Shown: positions 39,416 to 49,001 of the stretch, piece by piece | How the letters are laid out: every line of letters starts with the position of its first letter | Position numbering within the stretch: the first letter of the stretch is position 1 | Assembly (NCBI GenBank): GCA_963528515.1 | Contig: CAURUO010000002.1 | Coordinates: 31,234-95,233 of the forward strand | Length of the DNA stretch: 64,000 nucleotides | Source of the DNA: an uncultured Candidatus Saccharibacteria bacterium | GTDB taxonomy: Bacteria > Patescibacteriota > Saccharimonadia > Saccharimonadales > Saccharimonadaceae | Direction: 5' to 3' | Position numbers and translations under genes: made by a program | The notes under the pieces: model-generated | What the model was told of the DNA's origin: nothing | The model's input: the letters and a program-made list of their open reading frames with translations, nothing else | Database searches by the model: none

Positions 39416-41194
39416 TTATGCTTGCCCTGGAATCTTGAACTGAGCTGGATCATTTGATGTTGGTGCCGAAACTGCTGGAGCTGGCGGCGGCGGTAGAGTA
39501 GATTCTAAAGTGTCAGTTCCAACCCCGCCATTAGCTGGTACTGGCGGCAAGGATGAAAAATCTGGCAACGGCGGTAATGGTGGTAGTGGTGGCAAATCGT
39601 CAACCGCGCCAGACGATGGCGCAGCTGATGCTGCCGACAGAGCTGCATCAACGGCAGACCGCGCTTGGTCTTGGTCTGAACTAGCAGGATTTACGACTGG
39701 CGTAGTTTCTACGCTAGGCGCTGGCATTGCTGGCATACTCGGCTGTACTGTTACCCCTTTCGAAGAAACCGCCTCGGGCGCCGCATCAAACGGTGCAGCT
39801 TCTGATAAGACATCGCGAACCGTCGGTTCTACTTCGGTCTTATCGGCTACGGCATTAAATGGCGATTGCATTGACGGCGGCTGCGACGCCACCGCGCCGC
39901 GATCGTGGCTTAAAATGACGCGATTATGCATGTCTTTTTCAGCTTTTCTAGCTTCCTCAGCAGCCTGTTCGGTTGTCGCATTGAAAGTACCGCCAATCGA
40001 CGGCTCGCTCGGGCTAACTGGCATCGCTAGACCTGGCCCTGGCGCAAACGGAGCAACTGGCGGCAAAGTTAGATCCTCTTTGGCCGCTTCATCTACTTCT
40101 GCTGAGCTGGCAGCAATATCGCGCTGCAAATCGGCGACCGACGGCACATCTCGCCTATCAGCTTCAGGCTCAACAGCAGGAATTGATGCTAACTGTTCGG
40201 CTAATTTCTTTTCGGCGGCAGCGGCGGCATCTCGACTACTTCGCTTCTCTAATTCTTCATTGGCAGCCCTCAGAGCTTCGTCGGAATGGCGCCTATCAAT
40301 TGCATTCTTGACGTCGTCAACATCGCCGACTGGCTCATGCGAGATTGATAATGCTCCAATGTCGCCAGAATTTTTAGACTCATCCTTTTTGGAGGATTTT
40401 TCTTCGTCCTTGCTTTTTGCTTCAGGCACTGGAATCGGCTTATCGTGCGATTCTTTGAGTTTAGTGGCAATCAGCTGCTGGTTAGCACCATCTGCCATCA
40501 ATTGAGCAGCCACGGTCATCGCCGCCGAACTAGTATGCGCATTGCTGAAACGATCGGTTGCTGCCACGATACCTGTCAAAAACGCCGTAGCGATTTGTTC
40601 GTCAATCAGCCGGCTCTCGCCTCTTAATTCGTTAGCCAACCGACACAAGACCTCGCTATAACAGCTAGCTCGCGGATTACTCCACTCCAGACTACCGAGC
40701 TGGGTTGACTCGCCAAGCGATACGCTTGCTACAACCGCATCGTGCAAAATTCGGCCATGGCTCTCGAGCGCATGATCCAAATCAGCTTCGTCTTTAACAC
40801 CAATTGCCAACACCATCTCGACATTATAGTCTCCTTGGCTAAAGTCCAAATCTTTCTGGTTGATTGTCGTACGGTACGGCGTAATAAAAATCTTGACCAT
40901 ATCATCGACAATCTTGTAACGTAAGTGATCAGCCTTTTCCTTATCCAGCGCGATGATAAAGTCGCGCAAACTATCAACTGTACTTTCAAACGTTTTCTCG
41001 GGCTGTAGAAATTTAATCACTGGCGGCACTGCCCCGCTAAATACTGCCGTCGCATGCTTATTTAACTTATTGATTAGCAGCGTGATGCCCAAAGCAGCGC
41101 TCAATTCGTCAACCGACGGATTGGCGCTAACCGTAACGAGAATATTATTACTTTCTTTGACTTTCTCTACTATCTGGTTTAGCACGTCTGCCAT
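39416..41194 (-). CDS. Degenerate DHH/NrnA-like protein with long Pro-rich tail
   Basis: NPSVD, ASCYSE, ATAFLTGIVAATDRF, AAQLM..GA match the DHH scaffold, but the DHH motif is absent; adjacent to truB. Confidence 0.7.
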   Translation of the reverse strand: MADVLNQIVEKVKESNNILVTVSANPSVDELSAALGITLLINKLNKHATAVFSGAVPPVIKFLQPEKTFESTVDSLRDFIIALDKEKADHLRYKIVDDMVKIFITPYRTTINQKDLDFSQGDYNVEMVLAIGVKDEADLDHALESHGRILHDAVVASVSLGESTQLGSLEWSNPRASCYSEVLCRLANELRGESRLIDEQIATAFLTGIVAATDRFSNAHTSSAAMTVAAQLMADGANQQLIATKLKESHDKPIPVPEAKSKDEEKSSKKDESKNSGDIGALSISHEPVGDVDDVKNAIDRRHSDEALRAANEELEKRSSRDAAAAAEKKLAEQLASIPAVEPEADRRDVPSVADLQRDIAASSAEVDEAAKEDLTLPPVAPFAPGPGLAMPVSPSEPSIGGTFNATTEQAAEEARKAEKDMHNRVILSHDRGAVASQPPSMQSPFNAVADKTEVEPTVRDVLSEAAPFDAAPEAVSSKGVTVQPSMPAMPAPSVETTPVVNPASSDQDQARSAVDAALSAASAAPSSGAVDDLPPLPPLPPLPDFSSLPPVPANGGVGTDTLESTLPPPPAPAVSAPTSNDPAQFKIPGQA

Positions 41195-41365
41195 ATTTTA
41201 TCCTATTTGTTTTTATTCGCTATAGACTTTATGTACTATAACATAAGCATCACGGCAAAGTCAATACTATTTTGTAAAACAACATCACTTTACAAACAGA
41301 GGTGTATAAGTTATAATTGAAAACTGATTGTATACACTAAATCAATAACAGAGGTAAAGGAATTT

Positions 41366-41716
41366 ATGCCACTCATCAAATCAGCCGTTAAGCGAATGAA
41401 GCAAACCGCTAAGCGCCGCCAGCGTAACATCGGTATCAAGCGCGATATCAAATCTGCCACCAAGGAATTTTTGGCCAACCCGAGCGCCGCTACCCTAAGC
41501 AAAGCTCAAAGCGAGCTAGATACTGCCGTCAAGAAAGGCCTGCTCAAAAAGGCAACCGTCAGCCGCCGCAAATCAGCCCTAGCCAAGGTCGCTAAAGCTG
41601 CTGGCGTCAAGCTAGAAAAGAAGGCGGCCAAACCCGCTGCTAGCACCAAGAAAACCCCTGCAAAAAAGCCAGCTGCCAAAACCACAACCAAGAAGACCGT
41701 AGCTAAAACTGCTTAA
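41366..41716 (+). CDS. rpsT: 30S ribosomal protein S20 with Lys/Ala-rich C-terminal extension
   Basis: KSAVKRMKQ, LD.AVKKGLLK, SRRKS. Confidence 0.95.
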   Translation: MPLIKSAVKRMKQTAKRRQRNIGIKRDIKSATKEFLANPSAATLSKAQSELDTAVKKGLLKKATVSRRKSALAKVAKAAGVKLEKKAAKPAASTKKTPAKKPAAKTTTKKTVAKTA

Positions 41717-41733
41717 TTTATACTAACGAGATT

Positions 41734-41760
41734 AAAGCGCTCCGCAAGCCGGAGCGTTTT
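41734..41760 (+). terminator. Terminator between convergent rpsT and holA
   Basis: AAAGCGCTCCG-CAAGC-CGGAGCGTTTT. Confidence 0.75.
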
Positions 41761-42703
41761 ACTTTTGCCGCGAAGCCACCCGAAACAAAAAGTCCTCCAA
41801 CGCTGCCCACGGATTGACTGATGAGGTTTTCATTTGATAATCGCGCTCCGCCGCTAATTCAGTCAATTCCGCCAAGTCCTTTGGCGACAGCTGCCGAGCA
41901 AGCGGCCGCAACTTCTTGGCAACAAACGGATGTATGCCGAGATCAATCGTATCGCTAGCGCCAGCTGCTTCGGCCTTGGCTAATAACACCAGCTGCGACC
42001 ACTGCAACCAGACCAACGGCGCCACTTTATAAACATCGTCGCTACGATGAAGTTCATCAAGCGCGCTCCGTAGATTTGCCGTTTTGCCGCGCACTGCCAA
42101 TTCAATGATATCAAACACCGAAAACTCACGTGCTGGCGGCAAAACCGTTGCAATCGCTGCATCGTCAATTTTCACGGCATTTTTCAAGGCAGCTACAGCA
42201 TGAGTTAATTGCAATTGGTCAATTTCAGCAGAACGCGATTTTTCATCGGCGATAATCGCTCGCGCTACCATATTACTAGCCTGTGTTTTCGTCAACTTTA
42301 CTCCGTACTCGCTTGCATAGTCTAGCAGCCACTTTTCGGCTGCTGGACGCTGGCGATCAGTCAGCGGCGTTGCTTCAATTAGCTTTGCGGTTTTTTGCAA
42401 GGTTTTGAAAGTTTTGGTACGCTTATCCGGGCGCGGCTCAATCAGCACCAAGTAGGTTTCTGCCGCAATATCGCTAGCCCATTCGCCGAGCTTATCCCAC
42501 AAGTCTTTTCGCTCCGAGAGCCGTTCAATAACAATCAGCCGCTGTTCTTGAAATAAACTCAAGCCGCGCACCGTATCGGCTAATTTATTCAAATCAAGAC
42601 TGCTTGCGTCGATTTTCTCAGGCCGAACACCTAATGATTTCGCTAACTGCTGCAGCTCATACTGCGCGCGGTAAGTGTTCGTGCCAATAATCAGATAAAT
42701 CAT
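41759..42703 (-). CDS. holA: DNA polymerase III delta subunit
   Basis: MIYLIIG.N, SLF...RLIVI, DKRTK, FSVFD, HPFVAKK, D..MKT. Confidence 0.85.
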   Translation of the reverse strand: MIYLIIGTNTYRAQYELQQLAKSLGVRPEKIDASSLDLNKLADTVRGLSLFQEQRLIVIERLSERKDLWDKLGEWASDIAAETYLVLIEPRPDKRTKTFKTLQKTAKLIEATPLTDRQRPAAEKWLLDYASEYGVKLTKTQASNMVARAIIADEKSRSAEIDQLQLTHAVAALKNAVKIDDAAIATVLPPAREFSVFDIIELAVRGKTANLRSALDELHRSDDVYKVAPLVWLQWSQLVLLAKAEAAGASDTIDLGIHPFVAKKLRPLARQLSPKDLAELTELAAERDYQMKTSSVNPWAALEDFLFRVASRQK

Positions 42704-43668
42704 TTAACCTCCACCTGGCAGACCGGACAAATATGCGTGCCGCGGCCGCCAACTTTTAGCTTGATGATCTCCTGGTCGGGGTGGCGATGGCAGGCTTGGC
42801 CTTCGCGGCGAAACACACGAGCAAATGTCAGATAATTTCCCTTTCGGCCCTCGGCATCAACGTAATTTTTATCGGTTGAGCCGCCTTGATCGATGCTGAG
42901 TTGCAAGATTTGCCGCAACTCATTAAATAATGTATTCAGCTGCTGGTCACTGACATTTTTTACCCGCGTTTGCGGATGAAGACGTGCCGCCCACAACGCC
43001 TCGTCAGCGTAAATATTACCAACCCCAGCGATCACCGCCTGGTCAAGAAACGCTGGCTTAATCATCGAATTCTGGCGGCGGCGAATCCGCTGGATAAAAT
43101 CCTCGGCGCGTGTATTGGGATCAAGCGGCTCCGGCCCAACTTTTTGCATGAACGGCAAGTTCTTCACTTCATCAGTCGGCAGCAACTTCACCCAGCCAAA
43201 TTTGCGCTGATCATTGAAAAACAGCCGCGACCCGTCCACAAAATCAATCCGCACCCGCGTCGACCGATCCGGCAGCTCGCCAATCAAGCTATCGTTCGGA
43301 TGTCCGCCAGCAAAGTCGTCGACCTCGCGAGCGGTATCCGCAGAAAAATCTTGGGCAACTTTACGTGGGCCCCGAGATTTTTTTGGGGATACCCGAGCGC
43401 TATGGCTAGAGCTTTGACGAAATACCAACTGCCCCGTCATCTTCAGATGTATCACCAGCGAATACTGCGTATCCAGATCAATCATCAGCACCTTTGCCCG
43501 CCGCCGCACCGCCATCACGCGCGCACCATATAAAAATTGTTCAACATCAGCCGGCGCATTCGGAAAGCTTTTTGGCGAATCAAACACCGCCGTTCGTGCC
43601 ACCACTCGGCCTGGCAGTAGCTCCGCCAACCCGCGGCGAACCGTCTCGACTTCGGGAAGTTCCGGCAT
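42700..43668 (-). CDS. mutM: Formamidopyrimidine-DNA glycosylase
   Basis: MPELPEVE, RRAK, HLKMTG, DQRKFG, GVGNIYADE, C-terminal Zn finger; contains ~30-aa insert. Confidence 0.97.
   Translation of the reverse strand: MPELPEVETVRRGLAELLPGRVVARTAVFDSPKSFPNAPADVEQFLYGARVMAVRRRAKVLMIDLDTQYSLVIHLKMTGQLVFRQSSSHSARVSPKKSRGPRKVAQDFSADTAREVDDFAGGHPNDSLIGELPDRSTRVRIDFVDGSRLFFNDQRKFGWVKLLPTDEVKNLPFMQKVGPEPLDPNTRAEDFIQRIRRRQNSMIKPAFLDQAVIAGVGNIYADEALWAARLHPQTRVKNVSDQQLNTLFNELRQILQLSIDQGGSTDKNYVDAEGRKGNYLTFARVFRREGQACHRHPDQEIIKLKVGGRGTHICPVCQVEVK
43317..43419. repeat. Palindromic element in frame inside mutM
   Basis: GGTATCCGCAGAAAAATCTTGGG (43333-43355) vs CCCGAGATTTTTTTGGGGATACC (43371-43393); outer CGTCGA/TTGACG. 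Confidence 0.8.
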
Positions 43669-44247
43669 TTATGACTCCAACAGAGCGTTCAAACGCTTAA
43701 TAAGCAGTTCGTTATCGGTGTACTGCAACGCCATCATTCCCGCTACCTCGGCTCCTTCGCAATTTTCGACACGATCGTCAATCATCACGCATTCGCTAGC
43801 GGCGACACCTAAGCGGCCAGCTGTCAGCGTGAAAATTTCTGGGTTTGGTTTGGCCAAGCTTTCCTCGTACGACAACACGCGCACATCAAACATTTTTTCT
43901 AATTCGCCTGGCGCAAATAGATATTCCAGCGTACCGCCGCCAACATTGCTCAACATCGCCATCTTCAAATTAGTGTACTGCTGGCGTAAATTCACGATAT
44001 AGTTTATCAATTCCTCGTTGCGAATCCGCTTGCGCATCAAGAAATCATGCGTCTGCTGCTGTGTCCAGCCAAACAACTCAGCAATTCCCAATTCATACTC
44101 ACTGCCGCTAATAAAACCATAATCGTGCTGCTTACTGAGATCGCGCAGCATTACCTTGCCCTCTGGCTTGGCCATTCTTATTAGCGTATCAATACTGCCT
44201 CCGCACAGTACACCAAAACAATCGAAAATAACTGCTTTTATTGCCAT
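43669..44247 (-). CDS. HAD-superfamily phosphatase
   Basis: FDCFGV, LSN, KPNPEIF, IDDRVEN. Confidence 0.92.
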   Translation of the reverse strand: MAIKAVIFDCFGVLCGGSIDTLIRMAKPEGKVMLRDLSKQHDYGFISGSEYELGIAELFGWTQQQTHDFLMRKRIRNEELINYIVNLRQQYTNLKMAMLSNVGGGTLEYLFAPGELEKMFDVRVLSYEESLAKPNPEIFTLTAGRLGVAASECVMIDDRVENCEGAEVAGMMALQYTDNELLIKRLNALLES

Positions 44248-44249
44248 GA

Positions 44250-44852
44250 TTAGAAAATATTATTAAATGACGGTTTGAAATCTGGAATCTGATTGACAAA
44301 AAGAGCTTGAAGCTTCAGAGTATCAGCGTTAAGCGTACCAGGCGAGTCCTTGCAAGTTGAAGTCCACAAATTGGTATCGGTATTGTCGCCATCGCGCGTC
44401 TCGAATACGTAAGCCAGCCCTTTAGTGGCGCATACGCCGCGAATATCATCGTTTGATTTGTTATCGGAGGCCTGAATGTTGACCTTGACTAGCGCATAAG
44501 TAAATTGTTCATAAGCATTGCTATTATTAGCATATTCCTTCTTGTCCAAAACTCTATCCAGATAACCCGAATAAATAACGTATTTACGCGATGTTGGACT
44601 AACTGTAATCTGGTAGCTCTTGAATTCTTCATCGGCAACAATCGGACCGCGCACAGTCCAGCGCACGCTGCGAATTGGGTCTTGATTTTTGATTTTGCTC
44701 TCTAACGATTGTTCGGGAGTTTGCGGCTGCTCGGTCTTTTTATCCGGATTCAGCAACGATCGCACAAGTGTTACCAAAATAGCAATAACAACCACCACAG
44801 TGATAATAGTAATGATTATCGGTAAAATTCTCGGTCGGGATCCTCTGTACAT
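44250..44852 (-). CDS. Hypothetical membrane-anchored protein
   Basis: N-terminal TM; 2 nt upstream of HAD gene. Confidence 0.8.
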   Translation of the reverse strand: MYRGSRPRILPIIITIITVVVVIAILVTLVRSLLNPDKKTEQPQTPEQSLESKIKNQDPIRSVRWTVRGPIVADEEFKSYQITVSPTSRKYVIYSGYLDRVLDKKEYANNSNAYEQFTYALVKVNIQASDNKSNDDIRGVCATKGLAYVFETRDGDNTDTNLWTSTCKDSPGTLNADTLKLQALFVNQIPDFKPSFNNIF

Positions 44853-44881
44853 GTTTGTATTTTAACACACTTGCCACGCAG

Positions 44882-45574
44882 CTATGCCATCACATCACAA
44901 ACAGCTGTAGCGCCTAAGTCTAATCCTGCTTGTACACATCGTTCCGCGTCTGCCCCCAATCCTTCATCTCTAAGAGGCTGCACGATGTCATCGAATCTAT
45001 CTGAATTTTTCTTCGCTTTTATCTCCGCTTCTTTCTTTGCTTTTATTTTTTTCTCTGTCTCTGGATCAATTATTTCATCTAGCGGCAAAAATTCATTGCC
45101 AGCGAGATCTCCTACTATGAACCCTCTATGTTTGGCTTCAGATTCAGATTTAGACATCCAAAAAAAATTAATAGCCCTACCGTCTTCAGGATAAATCGTA
45201 TCAATAGTCTTGACACCAATTGGCCAGAAAGGATATCTTCCGTGCTCAGTTTTTTTCGCGCTACTTATTTTTTGAATTTCTACTCTTATTGGTTGATCTC
45301 CCTCAACCTCGCTAGACTCACAACGAACCACTCGCCAATTATTAGATCCTATTCCATGATATCTGTTTCCAATACCCAAAACATTATCATCTGGATCAAC
45401 AAACAGACCAATTAAGTAACCGTAGCCGTCTCCTTCAAGAACCTTACTCACAGCGTCGCGTTGCTCAATGATACGTCTTAGTTGTTGCTCGTCCTGTTTT
45501 AACTGCGCTATGCGCTCTTGCCTAGCCCCTTCAGGTTTAGGGTTGCTATTTTCTGGTGACATACTCCGTACCAT
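44882..45574 (-). CDS. Hypothetical protein (AT-richer, accessory-like)
   Basis: 230-aa ORF with SD-like AGGCGG; no recognisable motif. Confidence 0.7.
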   Translation of the reverse strand: MVRSMSPENSNPKPEGARQERIAQLKQDEQQLRRIIEQRDAVSKVLEGDGYGYLIGLFVDPDDNVLGIGNRYHGIGSNNWRVVRCESSEVEGDQPIRVEIQKISSAKKTEHGRYPFWPIGVKTIDTIYPEDGRAINFFWMSKSESEAKHRGFIVGDLAGNEFLPLDEIIDPETEKKIKAKKEAEIKAKKNSDRFDDIVQPLRDEGLGADAERCVQAGLDLGATAVCDVMA

Positions 45575-45684
45575 AACATCCGCCTTTTTTGCTTAAGCTA
45601 ACTGTGATTAGATTATACCACAGTTGCCGTTATTTGTCCATATTTGTACGGGTTTTCGCTAATTTTCAGCAAATTTTAAGTTTT

Positions 45685-48333
45685 TTACACTTCGCCCCAG
45701 TTATTGCCGATTTTGACGTCGACTTTGAGCTTAATACCGAGCTGCGGGTAGATATTTTCCATAGTCTCTACCAGCATTTTGCTGACCACTTCAGCGTTTT
45801 GGCGCGGACATTCAACCATAATACTGTCATGGATTTGCAATATTTGATGGCCGAGCGAGATATTTTTATGTACAAGCCCAGACTTGCTGCCTGAAGAGAC
45901 TTGCCTTTCCGGCAAGGCGAATTCGTTCTTTTCGAATTTGCCGGCCTCTGAAGGTAGCAAATCTGGGCTTGTCATTATCGTCAGTCGCTTCTCTACCGCC
46001 AGCATCGCCAACTTCATCAAATCCGCCTCGGTACCTTGTATCGGCATATTAGCTGCTGCGCGCTCGGCAGCCGAACGAACAGCAAAATTATTCGATCTGA
46101 CATCGGGCGTTGGCCGGCGACGGCCAAACAATGTCTGCACAAAGCCGTCATCGTGCGCTTGGCGAATCGTTCGTTCCATGAACTCTTTGATGTGCGGACG
46201 GATACGATAATATTCATCGATGAAATGCTGCGCCTCGCCGTAACTCATATTAGCAGCAGCCGCCAAACCATGCTGGCTCATGCCGTATAATACGCCGAAA
46301 TTCACCACTTTAGCGCGGCGGCGCTGCGTTGGCGTCACTTCATTAATCGGCACGTTATAAACTTCAGCTGCTGTCTTGGCGTGAATATCAACATCAGCAT
46401 TAAAGTCTTCAATCATCTGTTTTTCGCCCGCCATCACTGCTGCCAAACGCAGCTCAAATTGCGAATAATCAGCATTTACGAAAACATTGCCAGGCGCTGG
46501 CACAAAGGCATCGCGAATCTGCCGCCCCAACTCAGTACGAATCGGAATATTCTGCAAATTCGGGTTAGTGCTCGACAGTCGCCCAGTCGCTGTCGCATCT
46601 TGATTAAACGTCGTGTGAATATAGCCGTTAGCGTCCGTTTGCTCTGGTAAGGCTGCCACATAGGTATTCTGTAATTTCGATAGTTCGCGAAAACGCTCGA
46701 CCAACTCAATAATTGGATGTTGCCCGCGCAGCTTATCGAGTTCCTTTTGGTTGGTTGAATAACCCGTCTTACCTTTCTTGATACCAGTTGTCGGCAAGAG
46801 CAGCTTATCAAATAGCGCGCTAGCCAACTGCGCCGGGCTGGCGACATTAAATTCGTAACCGACCATATCATAAATATTTTGCTGAACCGCTGCAATCTCT
46901 TGCGCTAATGATTTATTCATTTTTTCGAGTTTGCTGGCATCAATCTTGATGCCTCGAAATTCCATTTGCGCTAAAACATTAATCAATGGAAAATCCATCG
47001 TCTGCGCCACCTGCTGGAGGTCGGGCAGCTCAGCAAACGCCGACTTTTGTTGTTCATAAACTATCCACAGCGCTGCCATCACCAATATTGGGTCGTCCAA
47101 AGATTCTACGCCCGCCAAATCCGCTAATTCGCGCGATTTGCGCAAAGGATTTAACAAAAATGAGCCCTGCGCGGTATCGTGTTTAACAGCCGGTAGCCGC
47201 TGGCAGCCAGCACCGAGAAGCGCTTTGAGAAACTCCTTGGTGTCGTGGCCAACTATCGAAGCTTCTGCTAAAATAGCGCTTGCTTTAGCCAGCGGCAAGC
47301 GAGCGACCTTGCCTTTTTCATGGCTCAGCCAAACCGTATCACCATCCCAAATTACTAGTAATTCTGGCGCCATTATCAACATCGGGATGACTTTATCGCC
47401 CGATATTTCAACAGCCGGCGCAAGAATATTATTTGGAGTCACTTCAGAAGAACTGTCGCGCATGTGTTGTGGTAATTTTCGCAACAATGAGCGAAACTCC
47501 AGCTTTTCAAGTAACTCTCGCAACTTTGCCGTGTCTAAGTCGCGTACGTCCATCGCTGCCAAATCGAGTTTCACTGGCGCATCGGTGAATAGCCGCGCCA
47601 ATTCCCTACTCATATAAGCAGATTTTTTACCAGCTTCTAGTTTGCGGCGCAAACTGTCTTTAATCTGCCATAAATTATCATAAACACCGTCTAGCGTTTC
47701 AAATTGTTGTAGTAATTTGACGGCTGTCTTCTCGCCGACCCCCGGCACCCCAGGGATATTATCCGACGAATCGCCTTTCAAGCTTTTCAAGTCGAGAAAT
47801 TGGCCAATCCGAATACCGTAGCGCTTTTCAAACGCTGGAATATCAAATTTATCAATGTTAGTCAGGCCTTTTTTGAGCGCATAAAGATATGTATTTTGGT
47901 CGAGAATTTGCAGCGCGTCCAAGTCGCTAGTAATCAAATATGTTTCGATGCCGCCGTGCTGTTCAGCCTGCTTGTCTAGCGTTGCCATGATATCGTCGGC
48001 CTCATAATCGTCAAATTCATACAGCGGCCAGCCAAAAGCCGCCAGTAACTCGTGCAAAATCGGAATCTGCGCATAAAAATCTGGCGGTGCTGGTTTGCGC
48101 CCGGCCTTATACTCAGAGTAAATTGCCAGGCGGCGGCGAATATTCGTTCCTCGTTTATCCCACGCCACGCAAACATAATCAGGTTCAAGCTGCTTAATTA
48201 ATTCCAAGCTCAGCGCTGCAAAACCATACACGCCGCCTGTCGGTGTCCCGTCTGCGGTCGACAACCCAGGCATAGCATAATAACCGCGATAGAACACGCT
48301 TTTACCGTCGATAATCACCAAGCGTTTGGCCAT
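45685..48333 (-). CDS. polA: DNA polymerase I
   Basis: 5'-3' exo (YKAGR, YEADD, GDSSDNIPGVPGVGEKTA), DYSQFELR, KVVNFGVLYG, QIHD. Confidence 0.98.
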   Translation of the reverse strand: MAKRLVIIDGKSVFYRGYYAMPGLSTADGTPTGGVYGFAALSLELIKQLEPDYVCVAWDKRGTNIRRRLAIYSEYKAGRKPAPPDFYAQIPILHELLAAFGWPLYEFDDYEADDIMATLDKQAEQHGGIETYLITSDLDALQILDQNTYLYALKKGLTNIDKFDIPAFEKRYGIRIGQFLDLKSLKGDSSDNIPGVPGVGEKTAVKLLQQFETLDGVYDNLWQIKDSLRRKLEAGKKSAYMSRELARLFTDAPVKLDLAAMDVRDLDTAKLRELLEKLEFRSLLRKLPQHMRDSSSEVTPNNILAPAVEISGDKVIPMLIMAPELLVIWDGDTVWLSHEKGKVARLPLAKASAILAEASIVGHDTKEFLKALLGAGCQRLPAVKHDTAQGSFLLNPLRKSRELADLAGVESLDDPILVMAALWIVYEQQKSAFAELPDLQQVAQTMDFPLINVLAQMEFRGIKIDASKLEKMNKSLAQEIAAVQQNIYDMVGYEFNVASPAQLASALFDKLLLPTTGIKKGKTGYSTNQKELDKLRGQHPIIELVERFRELSKLQNTYVAALPEQTDANGYIHTTFNQDATATGRLSSTNPNLQNIPIRTELGRQIRDAFVPAPGNVFVNADYSQFELRLAAVMAGEKQMIEDFNADVDIHAKTAAEVYNVPINEVTPTQRRRAKVVNFGVLYGMSQHGLAAAANMSYGEAQHFIDEYYRIRPHIKEFMERTIRQAHDDGFVQTLFGRRRPTPDVRSNNFAVRSAAERAAANMPIQGTEADLMKLAMLAVEKRLTIMTSPDLLPSEAGKFEKNEFALPERQVSSGSKSGLVHKNISLGHQILQIHDSIMVECPRQNAEVVSKMLVETMENIYPQLGIKLKVDVKIGNNWGEV
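45872..45972. repeat. Palindromic element in frame inside polA
   Basis: ACAAGCCCAGACTTGCTGCCT / AGGTAGCAAATCTGGGCTTGT 21-bp IR with 2 mismatches, enclosing two smaller hairpins. Confidence 0.85.
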
Positions 48334-48404
48334 ATTTATATTATACGCTATCTAAGAGGCGTTACTTACAAGCGAATATAGCCATAATCATGTATACTAA
48401 GGTT

Positions 48405-48986
48405 ATGACATCACAAGAAAAACCAGCCAAGATTTTGGCATTCGTCGGGCTGCCTGGCGCCGGTAAAACCGAAGCAACCAATTTCGTAGCCGCCAAAGGT
48501 TTTCCCAAAATCTACGGCGGCGGCATTTTGTACGACGAAATGCGCGCTCGAGGCGTTGAAATCACGCCCGAATCGCAAGCCGAATTTCGCAAACAGTGGC
48601 GCGAACGTGACGGCAAAGACGTTATCATCCGCCGCGCTGCCGAGCAATTACACCGCTTAATTGATGCTGGCCAGCATCGTTTATTGTTCGACGGGCTCTA
48701 TTCCTGGACAGAGTACAAGTTCCTCAAACACGAGTTTCCTGGCGAGCTCATCGTTGCAGCCATTGTCGCGCCAAAACATTTGCGCCACCGCCGTCTCGCA
48801 ACTCGCCCCGAGCGGCCATTCACCGCCGAACAAGCTAACCAGCGCGACTGGTCAGAGATTGAAGACATCGAAAAAGGCGGACCAATAGCTATCGCTGATT
48901 ATTATTTAATTAACGACAGCGATATCACTGCGCTATACGCCAAGATTAATTCGCTACTCAGTACAACTGGTTTCGTTAACTTATAA
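48405..48986 (+). CDS. P-loop kinase (dephospho-CoA kinase / NMP kinase-like)
   Basis: GLPGAGKT, DG, R...R lid, RDWSE, ADY..IN. Confidence 0.8.
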   Translation: MTSQEKPAKILAFVGLPGAGKTEATNFVAAKGFPKIYGGGILYDEMRARGVEITPESQAEFRKQWRERDGKDVIIRRAAEQLHRLIDAGQHRLLFDGLYSWTEYKFLKHEFPGELIVAAIVAPKHLRHRRLATRPERPFTAEQANQRDWSEIEDIEKGGPIAIADYYLINDSDITALYAKINSLLSTTGFVNL

Positions 48987-49001
48987 CACCTAAAACCAAA
49001 G

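Noticed and set aside
39510..40505. Long antisense ORFs (also 6688-7326, 32007-32663, 37144-37761)
   Set aside because: Shadows of real genes on the opposite strand, with no motifs or start signals
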